A DNA stretch of 34,395 nucleotides from Vulcanimicrobiaceae bacterium (GTDB lineage Bacteria; Vulcanimicrobiota; Vulcanimicrobiia; Vulcanimicrobiales; Vulcanimicrobiaceae): NCBI GenBank assembly GCA_046262595.1, contig JBHEMM010000018.1, positions 11,316-45,710 on the forward strand. Direction: 5' to 3'. The position numbers and the translations under genes were made by a program. This document shows positions 26,485-34,395 of the stretch, in pieces (the stretch's first letter is position 1; every line of letters starts with the position of its first letter). A model generated the notes under the pieces. That model did no database searches. It was not told where the DNA came from and saw nothing but the letters and a program-made list of their open reading frames with translations.

Positions 26485-27891
26485 CTAGGGGGTTGGGTTG
26501 ATTGAGGATTCGCCTAGAGCGTAGATGTACGTTTGTTCCGCTTGGCGCAGGGTGTAGATCGCGTTTAGAAGCGTGGTTTGCGCTTGCGTGTAGTTCGTTT
26601 GCGCCTGCAGCAGCGTAACGAGCGTCGTGACGCCGGCGCGATATTGCGCTTGCGCGCCGCGCAAGCTTTCCGCCGCGCTTGTAACTGCGGCTTGCGCTTG
26701 CGTGACGGCGGCCTGATTCGAGGCGATGCCGACGAGTGCTTGCTGCACGTTCAGTTCGACGTTGAGGCGCGTTTGGTCCGCGTTTGCCTGCGCGAGACCG
26801 AGCTGTGCCTGTGCCTGCTGCGTTTGCGCGCGCGTTAGTCCCTGATCGAAGATTGGGAGCGTCACGTTGGCGCCCACGGAGCTTCCTGAAACAAAACCGC
26901 CGCCGCTCGGGAGCGTCGAATTCGTTCCGAGTGACGCGGTGCCGTTGATAGTCGGGAATATTCCCGCGCGCTGTGCCTGAACGTTGTACCGTGCAGCGAG
27001 GATCGCGTTTTGCGCGGAAAGATAATCCGGACGCAACGCAAGCGCGCGCGTCACCGCTTCTCCGTACGGCAGAACGGTAACCAGCAGCGCGGACGGATTC
27101 GCTTGCGGCGGACTTGCCGGCTGAACCAGCGTCGTCGGATCCAAACCGATCGTGTTGGAGAAGGCGCCGAGCGCAGACGCTTGCGCGCCCCGGTCGCGCG
27201 TGAGCTGCACTTGCGCCTGCACCGTCGGCACGTGCGCGGTGACGAGATCGACGCGCGGCGACGTTCCGGCGCGCACTTGCGCGCGCGTAAGATTTTCGTT
27301 GGTCTGCGCTTGGCGCAGCACCTCGCGATCGACTTGCACGGTCGCCGCTGCCTGAAGCGCGGTGTAATACGCTTGCGCGACGTTGAGCGAAAGCGTTTCC
27401 AGCGAGCGCTGATACGTTTGCGCGCCTCCGACCGCATTCGCGCGCGCCTGATGAATTTGCGCGGCAACTTTCCCGCCGTCAAAAATGAGCTGGCGCAACT
27501 CCAGGTTCAGGCCTTTGCTGGTGAAGCCGCTGCTGCTTCCGAACGAACCGCCGTTCGTGCCGCCCGTGCCGCCCGTGCCCGCGCCCGTGCCGCCCGACGA
27601 GCCGCCGCCGCTGCGGCCGCCGGTCGAACGCGTAAGCGAACCGATGGCGCTGACATTCGGAAAAATTGCGGTCCGCGCGAGTTCGACGGGAATTTGCGTG
27701 AGCTCGTAGTTCGCGCGCGCCGAGGCGAGCACCGGCGATTTAGCAACCGCGATGTCGATCGCTTGCTGCAGCGTCACGGTTTGCGGAACCCCCGGCTGCG
27801 CCCTGGGAACGGGAAGCGGTGCGAGTGTTCGGGGCGACGGGGAGGGCGCCGGAGTCGCGAGAACGGCGGCCAGAAGCAGTGCGTGGATCAC
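26485..27891 (-). CDS. TolC-family outer membrane efflux protein
   Basis: Signal peptide, TLQQAIDIAV, LRQLIFDGGK, VAQAYY, ALALRPDY, LPIFDQG, YRAGVTTLVTLLQAQ (two OEP repeats). Confidence 0.9.
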   Translation of the reverse strand: MIHALLLAAVLATPAPSPSPRTLAPLPVPRAQPGVPQTVTLQQAIDIAVAKSPVLASARANYELTQIPVELARTAIFPNVSAIGSLTRSTGGRSGGGSSGGTGAGTGGTGGTNGGSFGSSSGFTSKGLNLELRQLIFDGGKVAAQIHQARANAVGGAQTYQRSLETLSLNVAQAYYTALQAAATVQVDREVLRQAQTNENLTRAQVRAGTSPRVDLVTAHVPTVQAQVQLTRDRGAQASALGAFSNTIGLDPTTLVQPASPPQANPSALLVTVLPYGEAVTRALALRPDYLSAQNAILAARYNVQAQRAGIFPTINGTASLGTNSTLPSGGGFVSGSSVGANVTLPIFDQGLTRAQTQQAQAQLGLAQANADQTRLNVELNVQQALVGIASNQAAVTQAQAAVTSAAESLRGAQAQYRAGVTTLVTLLQAQTNYTQAQTTLLNAIYTLRQAEQTYIYALGESSINPTP

Positions 27892-29126
27892 TATTGTCCG
27901 CGCCGCCCGCCGACGATCGCCACGGTGCTGCCGTTCTGCAGCGCGTCGGGACGCGTCGTAATGACGAGGGTCCCGGCTGTGACGCGCGGGCTGTGCACTT
28001 CACTCAGCGTGTCCGTTTGCACGCCGACTTGAACGGGCACTTCCTGCGCTTTGTTTTTGCCGGTGACGATGAACACGTTCGCCCCTTGATCCGTTTGCGC
28101 CACGGCGGCGCGCGGGACGACGATGACGCCTTTATGGCGGATTTTTTCGATCGTCACGTTGACGAGCATGCCGCCGCGCAGCACGTCGCCGGGATTCGGC
28201 TGGCGGATGCGCGCTTGATAAGAAAGCGTGCCTTGCGTCGGAACAGCGTTGACGGTGGAAACTCGGCCGGTGAACGTTCGTCCGCCGAGCTGCGAGGTGC
28301 TAAACGTTACCGGCGTTCCGGCGTGCACGTAAGACAAGTCTTCATCGGGTACGTTGACGTTGAGCCACACGGTATCGATCTGCGAGACGCGCAGCACGGG
28401 CGTTCCGGGGCTCGCCATGGCGCCCGGGTCCATCAGACGCGCCGTGACGACGCCATCGAACGGAGCGTACAGCGCCGTCTGCCCGATTTCGGTGCGCAAA
28501 ATATCCGCCTGCGCTTGCGCGGCTTTGACGGCGCCTTGCGCTGCTTGAGCCTGCGCGTTCTGAACGCCCGTCGTGCCACGGTTCGAAAGCGCCGTGCCGT
28601 ACTGCGATTGCGCGGCAACGTACGCCGATCGCGCCTGTTCGAGTTGCGATTGCGAAACGTAGCCTTGGCGGAACAGCTGCGTGTCTTGATCGTAGGTCAG
28701 CTTCGCGTTGTCAAGCGCAGCCTTGGCCGATTGCACGGCTTGCGAAGTATTCGCTTGCGTTATCGGCACGTTCAGTGCGGAGGATTGCGCTTGCGAAGCG
28801 CTTTGCGCGATCTGCGCCTGCACCTGCGCGAGCTGCGCCTGAAGCGTGGAGGCGTCGATGCGCGCGAGCATCTCTCCGGAGGACACGCGATCGCCCTGAT
28901 TGACGTCGATCTGACTTACCGGTCCCGATTGCTGAAACGAGAGCGTCGATTCTTGCAGCGGCGAGATTTGTCCATCGAGCGTGAGAAACGTGGCGATGTC
29001 GTGACGCTGCGCTTGCGCGACGTCCACATCGAGCGCCATCGGCCCGCGCTGCTGCTTCTGACCGCCGCAACCCGCCAGCATCGCCGAGGCAAGTGCCGCG
29101 GCGCTCAGGGTCCGGAGAACGCTCAT
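27891..29126 (-). CDS. Efflux periplasmic adaptor (membrane fusion protein), lipoprotein
   Basis: GAGGA SD before ATG 29126; lipobox LAGC; SGPVSQIDVNQGDRV, long coiled-coil hairpin, LYAPFDGVV, LRGGM, VPRAAV. Confidence 0.92.
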   Translation of the reverse strand: MSVLRTLSAAALASAMLAGCGGQKQQRGPMALDVDVAQAQRHDIATFLTLDGQISPLQESTLSFQQSGPVSQIDVNQGDRVSSGEMLARIDASTLQAQLAQVQAQIAQSASQAQSSALNVPITQANTSQAVQSAKAALDNAKLTYDQDTQLFRQGYVSQSQLEQARSAYVAAQSQYGTALSNRGTTGVQNAQAQAAQGAVKAAQAQADILRTEIGQTALYAPFDGVVTARLMDPGAMASPGTPVLRVSQIDTVWLNVNVPDEDLSYVHAGTPVTFSTSQLGGRTFTGRVSTVNAVPTQGTLSYQARIRQPNPGDVLRGGMLVNVTIEKIRHKGVIVVPRAAVAQTDQGANVFIVTGKNKAQEVPVQVGVQTDTLSEVHSPRVTAGTLVITTRPDALQNGSTVAIVGGRRGQ

Positions 29127-29164
29127 ACTTTTCCTCACTAAAGCTCCATAAAATAGCCGTCAGT

Positions 29165-29185
29165 CTCACCTGTATACACACTGAG
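29165..29185. promoter_or_regulatory. Imperfect palindrome centred on TGTATACA, candidate repressor operator
   Basis: CTCACC-TGTATACA-CACTGAG in the divergent MFP/thioesterase intergenic region. Confidence 0.35.
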
Positions 29186-29257
29186 GCCTTCTTTTGATTC
29201 ACCCATTACTACCGCCGCAACCTTAAATCCGCCGGGGAAGCGGGCGTGCCGCGTTGT

Positions 29258-29665
29258 ATGACACCCTCTGTGCGCGAGAAACTGGAAATCGGACGAACCT
29301 TCAGCACGCAGACCCGCGTCGAAGAATGGATGACGGCTGAAAAAGCCGGCAACAAAGGCGTGGACGTGCTTTCCACGCCGATGCTCGTCCAACTCGTTGA
29401 AGATGCGGCCATGGCGTGCGCCGGCCCGGGCCTGGCCGAGGGCGAGATCTCGCTCGGCACCCACATCGATCTGGAACATCACAAACCCGTGCCGGTCGGC
29501 TTCATCGTGCGGACGGAGGTCGAACTGGTGCTGGTCGACGGGCCGCGCCTGAGTTTCGCGGTTCAGGTCTTCGACGAACAAGAAGCCGTCGCGGAGGGAA
29601 CCCACGAACGCTACGTCATGGCGCGAGAAAAGTTTCTCGCGAAGCTTGAAGAGAAGCTCGCTTAA
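29258..29665 (+). CDS. Hotdog-fold thioesterase, fluoroacetyl-CoA thioesterase (FlK)-like
   Basis: VLSTPMLVQLVEDAA and SLGTHIDLEHHKPVPVG carry the Thr/Glu/His triad; GTHERY. Confidence 0.85.
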   Translation: MTPSVREKLEIGRTFSTQTRVEEWMTAEKAGNKGVDVLSTPMLVQLVEDAAMACAGPGLAEGEISLGTHIDLEHHKPVPVGFIVRTEVELVLVDGPRLSFAVQVFDEQEAVAEGTHERYVMAREKFLAKLEEKLA

Positions 29666-29739
29666 CGCTACCCTTATAGTCAAATGGGGCTAACGGCCCC
29701 TGGACTGCCCTGCAGGGGGGGCGCGCAGCTTCCCTTAAA

Positions 29740-29766
29740 GGATTAACCAAGCTTGCTTTGGGGTAA
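29740..29766 (+). promoter_or_regulatory. Putative SigB/SigF-type promoter GGATT-N16-GGGTAA
   Basis: Close to the actinobacterial SigF (GGWWT-N16/17-GGGTAY) and Bacillus SigB consensus; 85 nt upstream of TTG 29852, which has SD AGGAGG at 29841-29846. Confidence 0.5.
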
Positions 29767-29851
29767 CTGCGACATGATGCTTGGTTTGTCGCGGGCTTAC
29801 TCATAGAGGCCCCTCGCGAGCCAAGGTTTTCATACTAGCTAGGAGGATAAC

Positions 29852-31327
29852 TTGAAACGACTGAGCACCGGAGTCCTCAGTGCCGTCCTAATGGTCGGCC
29901 TTGGACTTAGCGCGGTGGCAGCTCCGTCTACGGCATCGCATGGCAACATTGGACCCAACGCGATTGCCCAGGCGACGGCTGCACCGTCACCGGCAGCGAC
30001 TGCGATGGCCTCACCGGCAACGACGCCGGCTGCGACCATGGCACCTGCCCCGGCGGCGCCGGCTCCCATGCCGATGGCGAACTTCGGTTCCCCGCCGTCC
30101 GGACAAATACCGATCCTCTTCAACGATCATCACGTTTACTCCAAACCGGATAAGTTGAAGCAAGGCCGCGTCCTTGCGGCACTCGTCCGCGGCGGCACCA
30201 TTCTCATCCCGCTTCGCTCGATGTTCGAGCAAATGGGTGCGACGGTGAACTACGACCCCGGTTCGAAGACGGTTGACGTCACGAAGCCGGGAGCGGACGT
30301 GAAGGTCACGGTCGGCAAACCGGAAGTGGTCATCAACGGCGAAACGCGCCCGCTCGACGTTCCCCCCGAGATGTATCAGGGACACGTCGTCGTGCCGGTT
30401 CGCGTCATCTCTGAAGGCATGGGTGCCTACGTGCAATGGGTTGCGGAACGCCATTTAGTGGTGGTCCGTTACGCGCCGCCGACACCGACTCCGGCAACGC
30501 CGGCACCGGTCGGCACCATGGCGCCGACGCCCGTTCCGACGGCGGTTCCCACGCCGGTCGTCAGCGCATTCATTGCCGGCGACTACATCATCTCACCGAA
30601 AGTCTACAACGAGTTCAGCCCCGGCAACGTCAGCTCGAACACGAACGGCGGATTCTCCTACCGGATCCACGGAGCATGGGAATTCGACCTGTTGAGCTTG
30701 CCTTGGATGATCGCGGGCGACTATCGCCAGTACAACTACCCGCATAATCAGCAAGCGCTGACCACCTCGGACAACCAGGGACAACTGTGCGACGGTCTGC
30801 CCGGTCCGGGCGGAACGCCGCATGCCTCGAACGGCGATCCGGGCTGCGTCACCGCCATCGGCGGCCAGTTCCAGACGTTCGTTCCCGCGTTTACCGTGCG
30901 TGATTACGACGGCGATGCGCGTCTGGGCCTCAAGGTACTCGATCCGAAGATCTATATCGGCGTCGGCTACATGTGGCGCTCGGGCAACTACGGCTATCCG
31001 AAGCTCAACGGCCTCGGTGCGGGTATCGAAAAACTGCCTGACCTGCAGAACAACGGGTTCACCTGGTACGGCAGCGCCTGGTACTACGGCAACGTCAAGG
31101 GCACGGGAACGGGCTGCTTGACGCTGGGCTGCGTGCCGCCGGGCGGGAGCTACACCCTTGCGTACAACATCCTGAAGTACGACATCGGCGGAGCGTTCAC
31201 GTTCGGAGCCAACACCCCGATCTTCCTCGAGTTCGGCTATCTGGGTGACAGAGGCTACGAAAAGACCAATGCACCGATAGGCTTCTCTGAAGCCGGCCCA
31301 TACGTGGGCCTTGGTCTGAAGTTCTAA
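29852..31327 (+). CDS. Secreted protein: Cu-amine-oxidase-like N-terminal (stalk) domain + C-terminal outer-membrane beta-barrel
   Basis: Signal peptide; Ala/Pro linker; LIPLRSMFEQMGATVNYD...INGETRPLDVPP...VPVRVISEGMGAYVQW; Pro/Thr linker; about 10 amphipathic Gly/aromatic strands ending YVGLGLKF (terminal Phe). Confidence 0.8.
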   Translation: MKRLSTGVLSAVLMVGLGLSAVAAPSTASHGNIGPNAIAQATAAPSPAATAMASPATTPAATMAPAPAAPAPMPMANFGSPPSGQIPILFNDHHVYSKPDKLKQGRVLAALVRGGTILIPLRSMFEQMGATVNYDPGSKTVDVTKPGADVKVTVGKPEVVINGETRPLDVPPEMYQGHVVVPVRVISEGMGAYVQWVAERHLVVVRYAPPTPTPATPAPVGTMAPTPVPTAVPTPVVSAFIAGDYIISPKVYNEFSPGNVSSNTNGGFSYRIHGAWEFDLLSLPWMIAGDYRQYNYPHNQQALTTSDNQGQLCDGLPGPGGTPHASNGDPGCVTAIGGQFQTFVPAFTVRDYDGDARLGLKVLDPKIYIGVGYMWRSGNYGYPKLNGLGAGIEKLPDLQNNGFTWYGSAWYYGNVKGTGTGCLTLGCVPPGGSYTLAYNILKYDIGGAFTFGANTPIFLEFGYLGDRGYEKTNAPIGFSEAGPYVGLGLKF

Positions 31328-31355
31328 CCGCCTAACACAAGGCGACGACGGACTG

Positions 31356-31390
31356 GAAGAGCCTCGCTTGTAGCGGGGCTCTTCTCATTT
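31356..31390 (+). terminator. Intrinsic terminator hairpin
   Basis: GAAGAGCCTCGCT-TGT-AGCGGGGCTCTTC followed by TCATTT, about 30 nt after the stop, between convergent genes. Confidence 0.7.
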
Positions 31391-31454
31391 CGGAGTCCGG
31401 CGCGGCGAACGGGTCCGGCCGCGGACAACTGTTCCGCGTCGCGTGCGCCGCGCC

Positions 31455-32360
31455 CTAAGGGCGGTGCGTCGCCGCCGGTCGGGCAGAGGCCGTTGGGGTC
31501 GCCGTTGGGGTCGCCGTTGGGGTCGGCATCAGCCGTGGCGAGGGCGTCGCCGCCGGTGCGGGGCTTGTGCTCGACGACGGGCTCGGAGCCGGCGGCGGCG
31601 TCATGCCCCGCGGCGTTGCGGTCGGCGTCGGCGTCGGCGTCGGGCTCGGTGTGGGCGACGGCGTCGGCGTGAGGCACGGCACGGGAAGAATTTCCACCTT
31701 CGGCTGGCCTTGGCCGGGCGTTGGCGTCGGGCTCGGCGTGGGTGTGGGGCTCGGCGTGGGGGAAGGCGTGGGACCGCCGCGGCGGTTTCCGTTGGCGGGC
31801 GTCGGGAGCGGCGATGCAAGGTCGCTGCACGCAACCGGCGTCGCGAAATAGTGTTCCGTGTAACCGATTGCGAGCGACTTGCGCAGCGATTTGGCGAAGT
31901 AGCTTGTGGGATACTTGCGCACGATCAGCGTCGCATAGAAAAACGCGCGATCTTGATAGTCGTGCGTCCAGATTTTACGGAACATTTGAAAACCCAGGTA
32001 ATACGATCGCGCGAGCTGCGGATCGCGCGGATAGCGGCGCGACCAATCGCTGAGCGCTTCATCGGCGAAACCGACGCGCGCGACGATGCGCGGATCGGTC
32101 GTGTATGCGCCGGCCCGGACCGACTCGTCGCGGAAGGTGTTGTTGATTCCCAAATAGCTCAGCTTGAGCCGGCCGAAGTATTCGTCTCCGGGCGCGGCGT
32201 CGTGCAGCGTTTGCTGGACGTGCTGCTGCCATTTGGAGAGGTGCGGAACGCTCTTCGCTGCCGGCTTTTTCGCATGCGGCGCGGTTGGCTTAGCGGCGAC
32301 CGTTCCGGCGATTCCTGCCAGCAATGCGGCGGTGGAGACCAATGCAAATGCCCGTTTCAT
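31455..32360 (-). CDS. Secreted 'DEYFGRLK' TPR-like protein with Pro/Thr-rich tail
   Basis: Signal peptide; APGDEYFGRLKLSYLGINN, DWSRRYPRD, KYPTSYFA; (TP/SP)n tail; paralog of the upstream gene. Confidence 0.75.
   Translation of the reverse strand: MKRAFALVSTAALLAGIAGTVAAKPTAPHAKKPAAKSVPHLSKWQQHVQQTLHDAAPGDEYFGRLKLSYLGINNTFRDESVRAGAYTTDPRIVARVGFADEALSDWSRRYPRDPQLARSYYLGFQMFRKIWTHDYQDRAFFYATLIVRKYPTSYFAKSLRKSLAIGYTEHYFATPVACSDLASPLPTPANGNRRGGPTPSPTPSPTPTPSPTPTPGQGQPKVEILPVPCLTPTPSPTPSPTPTPTPTATPRGMTPPPAPSPSSSTSPAPAATPSPRLMPTPTATPTATPTASARPAATHRP
31489..31524. repeat. 12-nt tandem repeat x3 (GCCGTTGGGGTC) encoding TPTA
   Basis: Exact copies at 31489, 31501 and 31513 within the Pro/Thr tail. 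Confidence 0.8.
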
Positions 32361-32396
32361 ACTTCAGAAACGGGCATTCACGGCAGAACGGTCCGG

Positions 32397-32843
32397 TTAC
32401 TTCACTGCCTGGCTGAAAACTTGCGATCGCGCCGTAGCGGCGTATGCCGTCGACGGGTAGCGATCGATGACCCAGCGCAGCGTTGCCGCGGCGCGGCGCT
32501 GCCCTTCCTCGGTGTGAATCGATGCGTAGAGCTGCGAGAGCATATAGACGCTCTTGGGAAGCCACGAATCGTCGGGATATTTGTGTTCCCAGTCGCGGAT
32601 GGCATCTTCCACCGTCAGCGCGGAGCCCAGGAGCTCGCCGCCGCGGTCGGGATTGAACGAAAGGCGCGTGGACAAATCTTTGATCTCGTTGCGCATCCCC
32701 AGAATGCTCATTTTCAACCGGCCGAAATATTCGTCGGCCGGAGCGACGCGATGGTGCTGCGGTTGCGCTAGCGCGGGGCCGGCAGCCGCGCCGCCGGTAA
32801 GGACTGCTAAAAGTGCGACGAATACAGCTCGGCGCATATGCAT
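32397..32843 (-). CDS. Secreted 'DEYFGRLK' TPR-like protein
   Basis: GAGGAG SD; signal peptide ending ALA; APADEYFGRLKMSILGMRN, DWEHKYPDDSWLP, RYPSTAYA. Confidence 0.78.
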   Translation of the reverse strand: MHMRRAVFVALLAVLTGGAAAGPALAQPQHHRVAPADEYFGRLKMSILGMRNEIKDLSTRLSFNPDRGGELLGSALTVEDAIRDWEHKYPDDSWLPKSVYMLSQLYASIHTEEGQRRAAATLRWVIDRYPSTAYAATARSQVFSQAVK

Positions 32844-32944
32844 GGAAACGCTGTCTCCTCGCTCCCCTACACTCCAGGCATCGTCTCGTCCGGTTCTTTC
32901 TTAAGCTGCTTGTTTAGCTTACGAGCGCAACGGCGCGCAGCGCC

Positions 32945-34177
32945 ATGAGTCTGCGCGTAGCGGCGCTGCAGCTCGCGGCACATGACCGGGGCGGATTCCA
33001 GGCGGCGTGGCCGCTCATGGAGGGCGCGCTGCGCGCGGCGCTCGACAACGGCGCGCAGCTCGCGGTGCTGCCGGAGGGCACGCTGCCGGCGTACGTCCTC
33101 GGTCCGGAGCCCTATACGGATGCAGAGATCGCACCGGCGTTGGAACGTATCCGCGAACTCGCGCGCGCCGCCGGCGCCGTCGTGGTCGTGGGCGCCGCGC
33201 GAACCGCCGCAAGCGGCACCACGAACAGTGCGATCGTGATCGATGCGGACGGCAGCATCGCCGGCGCTGCTGATAAGCACTTCCTCTGGCATTTCGACCG
33301 GCGCTGGTTCCGAGCGGCCGGACACCTTGCGGCCGTCGACACCAAAATCGGAAGAATCGGCGCGCTGATCTGCGCCGACGGCCGCATCCCGACGATCGCG
33401 CGCGCGCTGACGGATCGCGGCGCTCAGATTCTGGTGATGCCGACCGCATGGGTGACGAGCGGCCGGGATCCGCGCGCGCTTGAAAACGTGCAGGCCGATC
33501 TGCTCGGCCGCGTGCGCGCCCGCGAGAACGCCGTACCTTTCGTCGCTGCAAACAAATGCGGCATCGAGCAGCGGTGCGTGGCGTATTGCGGCAAGAGCCA
33601 AATCGTCGCCGCAGACGGAACGCCGATCGTCATCGCTTCGCAAGACCGCCAAGAAATCGTTAGCGCAACGCTCGATCTTGCCCAGCCGCGCGGCGCGCGT
33701 GCTCTGGCCCAAACCGCGTACACGGGCGAAGCGCCGGCGCAAGCACTGCGCATTGCCGTCATGGCGCGCGCGCTCGAGGACGGCGACGCCCAGCGCCTTT
33801 GCGTCATTGAGGCGGATCGCATCGTGCATCCCGGCGAACCGGCGCTGCGCGATGACGTCGTGCTCGACCCCGGCGGCCTAGCGGCGCTGCGGCTGCGCGG
33901 CGCGACGTTTGCCGTGTGGGCGACAGCGATCGATCCGGCATGGCAGGTTAGGTTTGCACGCGCGCGAGCGCTCGAACTGCGCATGTATCTCGCCGTCATC
34001 GACGAAGGCCGCCGGCGCGCATTCGCCGTCGATCCGGACGGCGCGGTGCTTTGCGGAACGTTCGGATCGTACGATATGGCGGCGTTTGCCTTCGATCCGG
34101 CTCGCGCGCAGCAAACACTCGTTGCGCCGGGAACGGACGTCCTTGCCGGATTAGCGCGCGCCGCAGCGCATGCATAG
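32945..34177 (+). CDS. Carbon-nitrogen hydrolase (nitrilase superfamily) with a degenerate second domain
   Basis: LRVAALQL, VLPEG (Glu), DKHFLW (Lys), LICADG (Cys), RARENAVPFVAANKCG, GKSQIVAADG. Confidence 0.85.
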   Translation: MSLRVAALQLAAHDRGGFQAAWPLMEGALRAALDNGAQLAVLPEGTLPAYVLGPEPYTDAEIAPALERIRELARAAGAVVVVGAARTAASGTTNSAIVIDADGSIAGAADKHFLWHFDRRWFRAAGHLAAVDTKIGRIGALICADGRIPTIARALTDRGAQILVMPTAWVTSGRDPRALENVQADLLGRVRARENAVPFVAANKCGIEQRCVAYCGKSQIVAADGTPIVIASQDRQEIVSATLDLAQPRGARALAQTAYTGEAPAQALRIAVMARALEDGDAQRLCVIEADRIVHPGEPALRDDVVLDPGGLAALRLRGATFAVWATAIDPAWQVRFARARALELRMYLAVIDEGRRRAFAVDPDGAVLCGTFGSYDMAAFAFDPARAQQTLVAPGTDVLAGLARAAAHA

Positions 34178-34395
34178 ACTGCGCGCGGCTGCCGCCGCTC
34201 TTTCGCTCACGCTGATCGCGAGCGCGCAGCACGCGCCGCCGCAGCGCCACGGCTCATTTGCACTCGCGATGGGTACCGGGCCGTTTATCTCCGGCAGCCG
34301 GATCCTGCTCACGACCACCGGCGCGCCCGGCCGCGTGTCGTTTACCGTTTCGGGCGCGGGCACACTTACCGGCGCAATCTTTACCGCGCCGGCGG
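34170..34395 (+). CDS. Putative secreted protein, 3'-truncated by window
   Basis: ATG 34170 overlaps the nitrilase stop; MHRLRAAAAALSLTLIASAQ signal-like start; frame open to the window end. Confidence 0.55.
   Translation, partial: MHRLRAAAAALSLTLIASAQHAPPQRHGSFALAMGTGPFISGSRILLTTTGAPGRVSFTVSGAGTLTGAIFTAPA

Noticed and set aside
27545..27625. GTGCCGCCC-type repeats
   Set aside because: They encode the Gly/Thr-rich loop within TolC and are not an independent element.
29138..29206. 22-codon ORF MGESKEGLSVYTGETDGYFMEL* just upstream of the MFP as a leader peptide
   Set aside because: No SD, no telling codon run and no attenuator hairpin; more simply promoter/operator sequence.
29852..30480. 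Calling the gene a copper amine oxidase enzyme
   Set aside because: Only the non-catalytic N-terminal stalk domain is present; the remainder is too short for the catalytic domain and looks like a beta-barrel.
31470..31800. Short tandem repeats as a possible CRISPR array or intergenic VNTR
   Set aside because: No repeat-spacer structure; they are codon-phase repeats encoding Pro/Thr linkers.

Overview
High-GC bacterial chromosome segment, densely coding, with no rRNA, tRNA, CRISPR array or mobile element recognised. The mix of a TolC protein, a Cu-amine-oxidase-N/beta-barrel protein, 'DEYFGRLK' proteins and Pro/Thr-rich linkers suggests a diderm Terrabacteria lineage such as Eremiobacterota (inference only). 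From left to right: the end of a TauE/SafE transporter; a GAF-GGDEF-EAL protein; a small Cys-rich ORF; a hopanoid cluster (minus strand fni-hpnC-hpnD-hpnE-shc-hpnH-hpnA-hpnG, divergent hpnK-hpnI); a 54-aa orphan; fumC; a SprT protease; a TPR protein with two tandem M55 D-aminopeptidases; ndh with a DRE-TIM synthase; an M50 protease, a hypothetical and a GT87; two family-5 solute-binding lipoproteins; MFP + TolC; a FlK-type thioesterase; a secreted Cu-amine-oxidase-N + beta-barrel protein; two paralogous TPR-like secreted proteins; a nitrilase-family enzyme; and a truncated secreted protein. Two observations stand out. First, two genes of the hopanoid operon lack a canonical start where their conserved N-terminus begins and instead have SD-preceded ATC (fni) and GCG (hpnA) codons. 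Second, there is a candidate outer-membrane tether with a periplasmic Cu-amine-oxidase-N stalk and a ~10-strand barrel, flanked by uncharacterised envelope proteins.
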